From positions 15,948 through 79,947 of the forward strand of contig CANQRF010000007.1 of NCBI GenBank assembly GCA_947626195.1: a DNA stretch of 64,000 nt, written 5' to 3'. A program made the translations under genes and the position numbers. Origin of the DNA: an uncultured Eggerthellaceae bacterium (GTDB lineage: Bacteria; Actinomycetota; Coriobacteriia; Coriobacteriales; Eggerthellaceae). Shown piece after piece: positions 18,499-26,633 of this stretch. The stretch's first letter is position 1. Every line of letters begins with the position of its first letter. Below the pieces are notes generated by a model. That model saw nothing but the letters and a program-made list of their open reading frames with translations, was not told where the DNA came from and searched no databases.

Positions 18499-19914
18499 AT
18501 GCCTTTTGTGGGCAGAAACGCCGAACTTTCAACTCTTGAGCGGCTCTATACGAGCGATCGCTTCCAAATGCCTATCATCTACGGGCGTCGCCGAGTCGGG
18601 AAAACATCGCTCATATCTCATTTCATCCAAGGAAAACCTGCAATTTATTTTTCTGCGATTGAATCAACCGCCAAAGAAAACCTTATGGCGCTCAGCAGGG
18701 CTATCGTAAGCTTGGAATCTGACGGCATTCCTCGTGCAAATGACGCGCCCGCGCTTACTTTCAACACTTTTGGCGAAGCCTTCACCTATGTGTTCGATTT
18801 GGCGCGCACGCGCCGCATCGTTTTCGTCATTGACGAATATCCTTATCTCGCGCTCAGCGATAGATCGGTCTCCTCGGTGCTGCAGCATCATATAGACACC
18901 GAAAAAGATACGAGCAAGCTCTTCCTCATTCTCTGCGGCTCGTCCATGAGCTTCATGGAGCATCAGGTGCTTGGCTACAAGAGCCCGCTCTATGGAAGGA
19001 GAACCGCCCAGATTCGCGTTAAGCCATTTACGATCATGCAAGCAGCAGAGCTTTTGCATACAAGCAACGCCGAAGATATCGTATCGTGGTACGGCATGGT
19101 CGGCGGGGTTCCCCTCTATCTTGAGCAGTTCGATCCAGCGATGAGCCTGCAGGAAAACATGGCGTTCAACGTCCTGCGGCCTGCCTCGTTTCTTTACGGT
19201 GAGCCCGACTCATTTCTGCAGCAAGAGATACGGGAACCAGCGCGCTACAATGCTCTCATCCGGACGATTGCCGAAGGCGAGGGCAAGCTCACTGAGATTG
19301 CCGATTCGACAGGCATTGAGCGCTCTGCCGCCACGAGCTACCTAAAAGGTCTCATGGAGCTTGGCATCATCCGCCAAGAGAAGCCGGTAGTTGATGCGAA
19401 TCGAAAAAAGGTGCGCTACGTTTTATCTGACAACCTTTTCAGGTTCTGGTATCGCTTTGTGCCGCGGTATCTCACGCCCATCCAGGCAGGACGTTTCAAG
19501 GAAGTGGGTTCCCTCATCGCAAGCAAGCATCTCAGCTCCTTTCTGGGTCCCGCGTTCGAAGAGATATGCCGTCAATGGCTCGTTGCCTCTATGGGCACAA
19601 ATGACATTCCGCTCATTCTCGACATCGGACGATGGTGGGGAAACGACCCGCTGCGAAAGGAGCAGGCAGAGATGGACATCGTCGCTATCTGCGAAGATGG
19701 CAGCTTGATCTGCGGAGAATGCAAGTGGCGGGAAAAGCCCGTTGATGCATCCGTGCTAGCTACCCTGCAACATCGAGCCGACCTCATCAAGGAGGATCGT
19801 TTCGTGCGCTTCCTCCTGTTCTCGAAGAGCGGTTTCACCGATGAGTGCCGTGCGGCGGCTGAGAAAGCGAATTGCGTGCTCATAAGCCTTGCCGACATGG
19901 GCCTTGGCGCCTAG
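18499..19914 (+). CDS. AAA+ ATPase of the archaeal-ATPase/DUF234 family with C-terminal PD-(D/E)XK-like module
   Basis: FVGRNAELSTLERLY...IYGRRRVGKTSL (Walker A) and VFVIDEYPYL (Walker B). The C-terminus EMDIVAI...GECKWREK resembles the D..E.K nuclease-fold signature of DUF234. The upstream region is AT-rich. Confidence 0.75.
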   Translation: MPFVGRNAELSTLERLYTSDRFQMPIIYGRRRVGKTSLISHFIQGKPAIYFSAIESTAKENLMALSRAIVSLESDGIPRANDAPALTFNTFGEAFTYVFDLARTRRIVFVIDEYPYLALSDRSVSSVLQHHIDTEKDTSKLFLILCGSSMSFMEHQVLGYKSPLYGRRTAQIRVKPFTIMQAAELLHTSNAEDIVSWYGMVGGVPLYLEQFDPAMSLQENMAFNVLRPASFLYGEPDSFLQQEIREPARYNALIRTIAEGEGKLTEIADSTGIERSAATSYLKGLMELGIIRQEKPVVDANRKKVRYVLSDNLFRFWYRFVPRYLTPIQAGRFKEVGSLIASKHLSSFLGPAFEEICRQWLVASMGTNDIPLILDIGRWWGNDPLRKEQAEMDIVAICEDGSLICGECKWREKPVDASVLATLQHRADLIKEDRFVRFLLFSKSGFTDECRAAAEKANCVLISLADMGLGA

Positions 19915-20156
19915 TTATTGGGCAATGATCGCCCTGTTCTTTTTGGAGCTGTGGCGGGAGGTGCGAAGACATCGGACACGAAAACGACATTCGGATGCTA
20001 GACGGGAAGGGCGATAGTAGCAGCTATCGCCCTAACATAAAAACCAAGCGCCGCCCGTCCCTTTAATGTCTATCGGGCTTTGCCAGCTCCTATTCTACCA
20101 TCTTTCGCGCTCCGCGCCTATACCCGGCACCCGTTCTGTAAGAAACCGTCATTTAC
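19901..20156 (+). repeat. Direct repeat copy A (about 250 bp), partner at 23870-24118
   Basis: By-eye alignment to 23870-24118 gives roughly 80-90 percent identity with two small indels. It includes a shared small ORF, a shared hairpin and the shared block TATCGGGCTTTGCCAGC...ATTCTACCATCTT...CCGTTCTGTAAGAAACCGTCA. Confidence 0.85.
19925..20017 (+). CDS. Possible 30-aa peptide (N-terminally shortened copy of the 23849-23980 peptide)
   Basis: ATG at 19925 gives MIALFFLELWREVRRHRTRKRHSDARREGR with stop TAG at 20015-20017 inside the hairpin stem. Same frame and stop position as copy B. Expression is not shown. Confidence 0.25.
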   Translation: MIALFFLELWREVRRHRTRKRHSDARREGR

Positions 20157-20293
20157 CGCAAAGGCGGCCCACTACTGCATTCGCAGTTTAGCAAATGCGC
20201 ATACAGTATTCACGACTATTTAACCAGCGAGCACGATTTTGCTTTGCCTAATCTAAATTAGTCTAATCGTAATTAGACAAAATCATTTCATAT

Positions 20294-20382
20294 ATACCAG
20301 CAGCCAAAACTGGCTGATAAACACGATTGGTACCAGCAATCAACAAATATTGGTACCGCGGATAAACAACCTTGGTACCGCT
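20294..20382 (+). repeat. Left inverted-repeat arm with phased GGTACC-centred sites
   Basis: TTGGTACC at 20327-20334, 20350-20357 and 20372-20379 (22-23 bp apart), plus a degenerate ATACCAGCA at 20294. The arm aligns in reverse complement to 21916-21993. Confidence 0.75.
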
Positions 20383-20622
20383 TAGACTGAGCCTACAATC
20401 CCGTTCGTGCGCCCAATACGAGGCGACATGACGAAAAAGGACCCGATGCCTATGTCGAAGAGCAGAAAGATCATTATGATGCTTGCCAAAGGAGAGTCGA
20501 GCAAGACCGATACCGCAACGGCGCTGCACGTGATCAAGCGCGACGTGTCGGCGGCTTCGGCATCGTCCTTCCCCATATCCGGCGCTGGTAAAATAAGCGG
20601 GAACGTAAGAGACGGAGGATAG

Positions 20623-21773
20623 ATGCAGCAGTTCGAAAACGCCAGCGATAGCGCCCAGAATATTCCAGACGGTGTCTGGAATATTCAGAATACATCCAAT
20701 GAGCTGGCTTTTCCCAACGATATCCGATTCGACAACCACCCATCATTCGACGAGTTGGCCGATGCCATCGAGCAGGTCACAGAGCTCGCCCGCAACATGG
20801 CGGCGCGGCATGTGTATGGCGACCAGCTCTGGGCGTATTGGAACAACGGCAGGATGATCGTCGTATACGAGCAGGACGGGAGCGATCGGGCCGCGTATGG
20901 CGACCAGGCCCTCACCAAGCTCGCAAGGCGCCTGACCGCAAAGCTGGGACGGGGCTTCTCGCGTGCGAACCTCTACAACATGCGCCTGCTCTACCTCACC
21001 CACAGGAACTTCCAGACGCTGTCTGGAAAATTGTCATGGTCCCATTACTGCGAGACCATCACCTTAGAAGACGAGCTGAAACGGAAGTTCTACGAGCGCG
21101 AGGCCGCGAACTCGGGCTGGAGCGTCCGCGAGCTGCGCAGGCAGATGAACAGCCTGCTCTTCGAGCGCATACTGAACGCCAAGGACGATGCCAGGAGAGA
21201 ACACGTTCTGGCGCTGGCGAACGAAGGGGTGGCGTACAGCAAGCCCGCAGACGCCATTCGCAGCCCGCTCGTCCTCGAGTTCCTCGACATCCCCGACGAC
21301 GTCGCGCCTTTGGAGAGGGACCTCCAGCGGGCCCTGATCGGGCAGATCGAGAAGTTCATGCTCGAGCTCGGGCGGGGCTTCATGTTCGTGGGCAGCAACG
21401 TCCGGATCCCCGTCGGGGACGATACCGACTATGCGGACATGGTCTTCTACTGCAAGCCGCTTAGGGCATACGTGCTCATCGAGTTGAAGACGGACAAGCT
21501 GATGTCTTCGGCGGTGGGCCAGATCAACGAGTATCTGAACTACTACGCTGCCGAGGTCAACGACGAATACGACAATCCCCGATCGGCATCATCTTGTGCA
21601 CGGACAAGAACAACGTTCGGGCGGAATACGTGATCGGAGGGTTGAGCAATGCGATTTTCGCCTCCACATACACTCTGAGGCTCCCCGACAAGGGGCAGCT
21701 GGAAGACCAGGTGCGCAGGACCATCGAGGCCAACGAGCGCAGGGCGCTCATAAGCGGCGGAGGTGATGCGTAG
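20623..21773 (+). pseudogene. DUF1016/YhcG-type PD-(D/E)XK nuclease gene, disrupted by a frameshift at a C-run
   Basis: The ORF 20623-21633 encodes ...YADMVFYCKPLRAYVLIELKTDKL (D...ELK nuclease motif) ...EYDNP, then leaves frame. The shifted frame from 21582 continues with IGIILCTDKNNVRAEYVIGGLSNAIFASTYTLRLPDKGQLE... to TAG at 21771-21773. This is the expected family C-terminus. The break lies at CCCC 21577-21580. Confidence 0.8.
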
Positions 21774-21915
21774 CCTCGACCCGGATGCGGAGCACTTCGC
21801 GTTTTTGGACGAGACGGCGGTCAGCGGAACTATCAACACGGTGCTGGCGGCGTCGTGTCTGGTGCGGGTTCATGGAAGCGCGCGATTACTTCGCCGAGAA
21901 GAAGCTGGCTGGATA

Positions 21916-21993
21916 GCAGTACCACCTGCTATTTACCCGCGGTACCAAAAATCATTGATCGTTGGTACCAAGCCAGCTGATTGCCGGTACTGC
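21916..21993 (+). repeat. Right inverted-repeat arm with phased GGTACC-centred sites
   Basis: AGTACC at 21918, GGTACC at 21941 and 21964 (the latter inside the palindrome TTGGTACCAA) and GGTACT at 21986, spaced 23, 23 and 22 bp. The flanks CGCGGTACCAA are the reverse complement of the left-arm TTGGTACCGCG. Confidence 0.75.
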
Positions 21994-22065
21994 GAGTGTT
22001 TATTACTCACCAAAACTGACACCGCTGCACTATCGCTTGCTTTGCTTTCATAAATCTGAAAACAT

Positions 22066-22142
22066 CGATTCGCACAATCTCATAGTTATGCGCATAATCT
22101 CAACTTTGTGCGAATAAAGTCATGATTGTGCGCATAATGGTT
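22066..22142 (+). repeat. Tandem array of four 20-bp units (core TGCGCATAA / palindrome TTATGCGCATAA) upstream of the AlbA_2 gene
   Basis: Cores at 22069 (TTCGCACAA), 22089 (TGCGCATAA), 22109 (TGCGAATAA) and 22129 (TGCGCATAA), with exact 20-bp phasing. The segment is AT-rich. Confidence 0.85.
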
Positions 22143-22205
22143 AGATTATACTGTTCCCCATAAGCTTTACAGCACCCATTACGACCCTTCGAAGATTGGA
22201 TATAT

Positions 22206-23397
22206 ATGGGCTTCATAAGCGATTACAAAGATCAAATCGAAGGCCAAAGCCTTGAATTTAAAGAAGCTGGAACTCGATTGCCGGCTAATCTTTGGGAAAC
22301 GTATTCGGCCTTTTCCAATACCGAAGGCGGTCAGATCATACTTGATGTATCTGAGCATCATAATGACGATGGCCAGTGACGATGAGCTTGCGCGAATGGA
22401 GCACGATGCGCTCTCTAATGCCGATAACGCCATTGTTGAAGATTTTGATATGTCGGCCTTCAATAGCTCAACGATCGCGACTTACCGAAATCTTCTCACT
22501 CATGAGAAGCCCTCTCACCCTTGGCTAAGAGACGATGACGAGGACTTTCTCTATCATTTACGTGCTATTGACCGTGATCGTGATGGCGAATACCACCCAA
22601 CCAGAGCGGGGCTCTTGGCATTCGGCAACGAGTTTGAGATATTGCGAATTGTCACTGATTACCATCTCGATTATCGTGAGCAAACTGATCCGGATGTTCG
22701 GTGGAACAATCGGCTCGACTCCATGAGCGGAGACTGGAGCGGCAATCTCATTGACTTCTACCTCAATGTCACACAGCGCATCGATCGAGCATTGCCCCAA
22801 TCGTTTGGCCTCAACGATAACGGGATGCGGCACACGAGCCGTACCGAAATCAACGATGCAATCCACGAGGCAATCGCAAACGCTTTGATTCACGCCTATT
22901 ATGGCACAGGCGCAACCGTTACAGTTGTTTTAGAGCCTCATAGGCTCTTGGTTTCCAATTCGGGGACGTTTCTTATCAGCAGGGAAGTTGCTATTGCGGG
23001 AGGGATAACCGAGACCCGTAACCCCATTCTTGCACGCATATTTTCACTTATTGGAATTATTGATCGTGCAGGCAGTGGGTTAAGGAAGATCTATTCAACC
23101 TGGGAAGAGAAGTTTAAGGAGACGCCCCTTCTTAAGGAGGCATACGCGCCGGATAAAGTTGATATTGAGCTGCCGCTTTCAATCAACTTCAACGTGAAAC
23201 GGCCTTACACACACGTTCCTCATGAGGCAATTCTTGACCTCTGCCATAATCAGGGCGAGATAACGGTGAAAGACCTCACAGCCCAGCTTGGAATGAAGCA
23301 AAGCACCGCTCAATTTGCCTTGAGGAGCCTTGCCGCACAGGGGCAACTTGTCAGCGAACGGAGGGGCAGGGCTTTCGTTTATCGTCTTGCGAATTAA
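22206..23397 (+). pseudogene. AlbA_2 (Schlafen-like) + HATPase_c_4 + C-terminal wHTH protein gene, frameshifted near the 5' end
   Basis: ATG at 22206 gives MGFISDYKDQIEGQSLEFKEAGTRLPANLWETYSAFSNTEGGQIILDVSEHHNDDGQ, stopping at 22377-22379. This is the hallmark AlbA_2 N-terminus (SLEFKE...AFSNTEGG). The rest of the protein (TRAGLLAFGNEFE..., ALIHAYYG..., wHTH LGMKQSTAQFALRSLAAQGQLVSERRG) is in a different frame, in ORF 22252-23397. Confidence 0.75.
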
Positions 23398-23456
23398 ATT
23401 GAATCGAGCCACGCGGTCATATACGCCTAAAGTTCCTTTGTTCGTTTAATCGAGCA

Positions 23457-23640
23457 AGAATGCGCACAATGACGAAATTGTGCGCATAATCTTAACTTTG
23501 TGCGAATAAAGTCATGATTGTGCGAATAAAGTTGTAATTATGCACATAAAGTTATCTTTAAACGCATAATCTGCCAATTGTGCGCATAATCTCATGATTA
23601 TGCGCGCAGGCTTAACTTTATGCGCAATGCGCGCATCCCC
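23457..23640 (+). repeat. Tandem array of nine 20-bp units (same family as 22066-22142) downstream of the AlbA_2 gene
   Basis: Cores start at 23461, 23481, 23501, 23521, 23541, 23561, 23581, 23601 and 23621 (TGCGCACAA, TGCGCATAA, TGCGAATAA, TGCGAATAA, TGCACATAA, AACGCATAA, TGCGCATAA, TGCGCGCAG, TGCGCAATG). The period is exactly 20 bp. A roughly 45-bp stretch (ATAATCTnAACTTTGTGCGAATAAAGTCATGATTGTGCG) is shared with the upstream array. Confidence 0.85.
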
Positions 23641-23848
23641 TTTTAACAAATCCTCCTACCCGTTCCATATGAAACCATCATCTATGAAGATGCTGCACTG
23701 CCCTTACTGGCACGATACGCAGCTGTCACACGGCGTAAAGTTTTTGGGTTTGTCAACAATGCTGGCATGCAGGCGCTTCCTGCGCTACCATGTTTCGGCT
23801 GGCAAGTCCGATGCCGGGCGGCGCTTCTTCATGGAAAGGAGCACCGCT

Positions 23849-23980
23849 ATGGTGGAACGAGTTCTAGCTGCCTTGGCAGCATTGGCAACGATAGCCCTGT
23901 TCTTTTTGGAACTGTGGCGGGAGGTGCGGAAACATCGGACACGAAAACGACATTCGGATGGTAGACGGAAAGGGCGATAG
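23849..23980 (+). CDS. Possible 43-aa small membrane peptide with strongly basic tail
   Basis: RBS-like GAAAGGAG lies 7 nt upstream of the ATG at 23849. The peptide is MVERVLAALAALATIALFFLELWREVRKHRTRKRHSDGRRKGR, one hydrophobic helix plus an Arg/Lys-rich tail. The 28 C-terminal residues are conserved in repeat copy A. The listed 128-aa ORF start (23594) lies in the repeat array and is not credible. Confidence 0.35.
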   Translation: MVERVLAALAALATIALFFLELWREVRKHRTRKRHSDGRRKGR

Positions 23981-24118
23981 CGGCAACTATCGCCCCTAAT
24001 TAAAAAACCGGCGCCGCCCGTGGCTGTAAGTCTTATCGGGCTTTGCCAGCACATATTCTACCATCTTCCGCATCCTGTGCCCATACCCCCGCCCGTTCTG
24101 TAAGAAACCGTCACTTAC
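23870..24118 (+). repeat. Direct repeat copy B, partner of 19901-20156
   Basis: See copy A. This copy abuts the stop codon of ecfT (24115-24117). Hairpin GGGCGATAG-CGGCAA-CTATCGCCC here versus GGGCGATAG-TAGCAG-CTATCGCCC in copy A: identical stems, different loops. Confidence 0.85.
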
Positions 24119-24885
24119 AACAAGACGCCGAGGAGGATGGCAACAACCAAAATGCACACGCAGATGACGAGCGAGACGACATCGAGCGTCGCGAAGGGAT
24201 ACTGCTTATAGCCGCTCTCGCGCGTGCGGAGGTTGAACCCGCGCACCTCGGCGGCGATCGCCGCGCTGTTCGTCTTGCGCACCGACGACACCAGCAGCGG
24301 GATGCACAGCGGCACCATCAGACGGATCTTCTTCACGATGGAACCCTGGTCGAACTGCACGCCGCGCGCCGTCTGCGCCTCCATGATACCCGCCATGTCG
24401 TTCATGAACACGGGGATGAAGTGCACCGTGGAGGTGAACGTGAACGCGTATTTGTAGGGCACGTGCAGCACCTTCACCACCGAGTTCGCGAGGTCGGTCA
24501 TCTTGGTCACATACATCACGAGGAAAAGCGGCACGGCAGCCGCCACGAGGCGCAGGATGATCGTCACCGCGCCGATGACGCCGCCCGTGCCGATGTAGCC
24601 CCACGGCAGCGGAACGAGCACCATGCCGGTGGAGTTCGTGAGCAGCTGGATGACGGCGAGGATGAGCGAGAATATCGTCACCGCCTTCGCAAGGCCCATC
24701 GCCTGACGCGTCATCTTGCAATGCGCCGCCAAGGCGAAATCGAAGATGAGGACGCACGCGAGGAATATGAGGTTCGACGTGCAGAAGCACGCGACCGAGA
24801 TGAGCAGCGCGCAGAACAGCTTTGCAACGGGGTTCATCCGATGAAGCAAGCTGTTGCCCGGCACGTATTCGAGAAACCCTGTCAT
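24115..24885 (-). CDS. ecfT: ECF transporter transmembrane (T) component
   Basis: 256 aa polytopic protein with a typical EcfT N-terminus (YVPGNSLLHRMNPVAKL) and the Ala-Arg-Gly coupling motif (MEAQTARGV). It follows two ECF ATPase genes. Confidence 0.85.
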   Translation of the reverse strand: MTGFLEYVPGNSLLHRMNPVAKLFCALLISVACFCTSNLIFLACVLIFDFALAAHCKMTRQAMGLAKAVTIFSLILAVIQLLTNSTGMVLVPLPWGYIGTGGVIGAVTIILRLVAAAVPLFLVMYVTKMTDLANSVVKVLHVPYKYAFTFTSTVHFIPVFMNDMAGIMEAQTARGVQFDQGSIVKKIRLMVPLCIPLLVSSVRKTNSAAIAAEVRGFNLRTRESGYKQYPFATLDVVSLVICVCILVVAILLGVLL

Positions 24886-25724
24886 CGCGGCTCACCCCCT
24901 TCCGCAATTTCGAGGCCCAATGCGCGCTCCATTTCGGAAAGCGTGTTCGCCTGCCCGACGGCGGTGTTGGCCAGCTGCGGGTGCTGTGAGCCGAGCGCGA
25001 GTGAGAGCGCGACCATCTGCGGTGCGACGAGTGACGCCTCCTGCGTGAGGACGCGGTCGCGCAAAAGCTCGTAGGTGGGCCCTTGGGCGAGCACCCGCCC
25101 GGCCGACATCACGATGATGGACTCGGCGTAATCGGCGACCACCTCCATGTCGTGGCACACCATCACGACCGTCGTGCCGCGCTCGTGCAGTCGGCGGATG
25201 ATCTCCATCACCTTCGTGCATTCGCGGAAATCGAGACCCGTCGTCGGCTCATCGAGCACGACGACCGGAGGTTGCAAGACGATGATCGAGGCGAGCGCGA
25301 GCAGCTGCCGCGTGCCGCGATTCAACAGGAAGGGGTCATCATCGGGGTTCAGCCCGAACGCCGCCATGATCTCGTCGGCGCGCACCTCGGCCTCGGGCGA
25401 TTCCTTCCCCAACGCCTTGAAGCCGAACATCATTTCCTCGCGCACCGTATTGTTGCAGATCTGCCGGTCGGGGTTTTGGAAGAGAAAGCCCACGCGCTGT
25501 GCGAGCTCACTGGTTTTGAGCTCGGTGGTGGGCGTTCCGTCGATGAGCACCTGACCCTCGGTGGGCTTGAGCAGCCCGTTGATGAGCCGCATCGTGGTGG
25601 ACTTCCCCGCCCCGTTCGTGCCGACGAAAGCGACGAACGAGCCGTCCTCAATACGGAAACTCACATCGCGCAAAACGGCGAGCTCGCCATCATAGGAGGC
25701 GCTCACATGGGAAAACTCAATCAT
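24882..25724 (-). CDS. ecfA2: ECF transporter ATPase subunit A2
   Basis: Walker A GTNGAGKST, Walker B VVVLDEPT and ABC fold. There is a 4-nt overlap with both neighbours. Confidence 0.85.
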   Translation of the reverse strand: MIEFSHVSASYDGELAVLRDVSFRIEDGSFVAFVGTNGAGKSTTMRLINGLLKPTEGQVLIDGTPTTELKTSELAQRVGFLFQNPDRQICNNTVREEMMFGFKALGKESPEAEVRADEIMAAFGLNPDDDPFLLNRGTRQLLALASIIVLQPPVVVLDEPTTGLDFRECTKVMEIIRRLHERGTTVVMVCHDMEVVADYAESIIVMSAGRVLAQGPTYELLRDRVLTQEASLVAPQMVALSLALGSQHPQLANTAVGQANTLSEMERALGLEIAEGGEPR

Positions 25725-26590
25725 CGGGCGCCTCCTTCTTCCGAAGATGCGAGCGCAAGCACCTGCTCGGCCATCGCCACGGCGTCGTTCACGTTCTTGC
25801 AGACGGCGCCCTCGTAAAGCCCCGCGGCCTTCAAATCGTGGCAGAGCGTGGTCGAACGGGGGCAGTTGACGCCGATGGCCAAGAGCTCGTCGGCATGCTC
25901 AAGCACATTCTCGGGACGATCGGCAAAGCGAATGCGCCCGTCATCGATCACCACCAGTAGGTCGGCATAGTCGCACAGAAGCGCGATCTTCTGCTCAACA
26001 ATGACGACCGTCGTCCCATGTTCGCGCGCATAGCGGCGCAACAGCTCATAGACAGCGACCGAGCTCGCGGGATCGAGCTCAGCGGTCGGCTCATCGAGCA
26101 CGAGCACCTCGGGGCGAAGCGCCACGATCGCGGCGAGCGCCACCTTCTGCTTCTGTCCGCCCGAAAGCGAATCGATGGTGCGGTCGCGCAGATCGGCGAT
26201 GCCCATCGCATCGAGCGCCTCGGCGACCCGCGCCTCGATTTCCTCATGCGCGACGCCGAAGTTCTCCAGCCCATAGAGCATCTCGTCCTCAACGATGGAG
26301 GAAACCATCTGGGAATCGATGTCTTGGCACACGCTGCCCACGCGGCGCGAGATCTCGGTGAGGTCGCACTCCACCGTATCGAGCCCGCAGACGTTCACGC
26401 TGCCGTAGAAATCGCCCGGATAGCAATGCGGGATGATGCCGTTCATCGCATAGGTGAGCGTCGATTTTCCCGACCCCGCGGCGCCGGTGATGCCCACGAA
26501 AGCGCCATCGGGAATCGTGAGGTTTATATCGCGAACCACCGGATCGGCAGATTCGCGATACGTGAAACTGAAATTGCTGATCTCAATCAT
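25721..26590 (-). CDS. ecfA1: ECF transporter ATPase subunit A1
   Basis: Walker A GAAGSGKST, signature LSGGQKQKV and Walker B VLVLDEPT. Confidence 0.85.
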   Translation of the reverse strand: MIEISNFSFTYRESADPVVRDINLTIPDGAFVGITGAAGSGKSTLTYAMNGIIPHCYPGDFYGSVNVCGLDTVECDLTEISRRVGSVCQDIDSQMVSSIVEDEMLYGLENFGVAHEEIEARVAEALDAMGIADLRDRTIDSLSGGQKQKVALAAIVALRPEVLVLDEPTAELDPASSVAVYELLRRYAREHGTTVVIVEQKIALLCDYADLLVVIDDGRIRFADRPENVLEHADELLAIGVNCPRSTTLCHDLKAAGLYEGAVCKNVNDAVAMAEQVLALASSEEGGAR

Positions 26591-26633
26591 GTCGTCCTAC
26601 TTGCTCAAGCACGCTTTTCGCAGGTCATCAACA

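Noticed and set aside
20407-20622. 71-aa plus-strand ORF whose stop codon directly abuts the DUF1016 ATG, with a segment SRKIIMMLAKGESSKTDTATALHVIKRDV that looks loosely like a small HTH.
   Set aside because: The similarity is too weak to call. There is no clear RBS and the composition is unremarkable. It is mentioned only as a possible partner inside the inverted-repeat unit.
20263-20739. 158-aa minus-strand ORF across the left inverted-repeat arm and the DUF1016 5' end (also 20382-20576 and 20534-20746).
   Set aside because: No RBS or recognisable motif. It overlaps the repeat structure and the supported plus-strand gene, so it is probably fortuitous.
22066-23640. Whether the 20-bp repeat arrays are a CRISPR array.
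   Set aside because: The units are contiguous with no unique spacers, the repeat length is 20 bp, and the units are degenerate. No cas genes are in the window.
23594-23980. 128-aa ORF spanning the downstream repeat array and the direct repeat.
   Set aside because: Its first roughly 85 codons run through the 20-bp tandem array and AT-rich non-coding DNA. Only the last 43 codons, which have their own RBS and are conserved in the second repeat copy, are plausible coding sequence.
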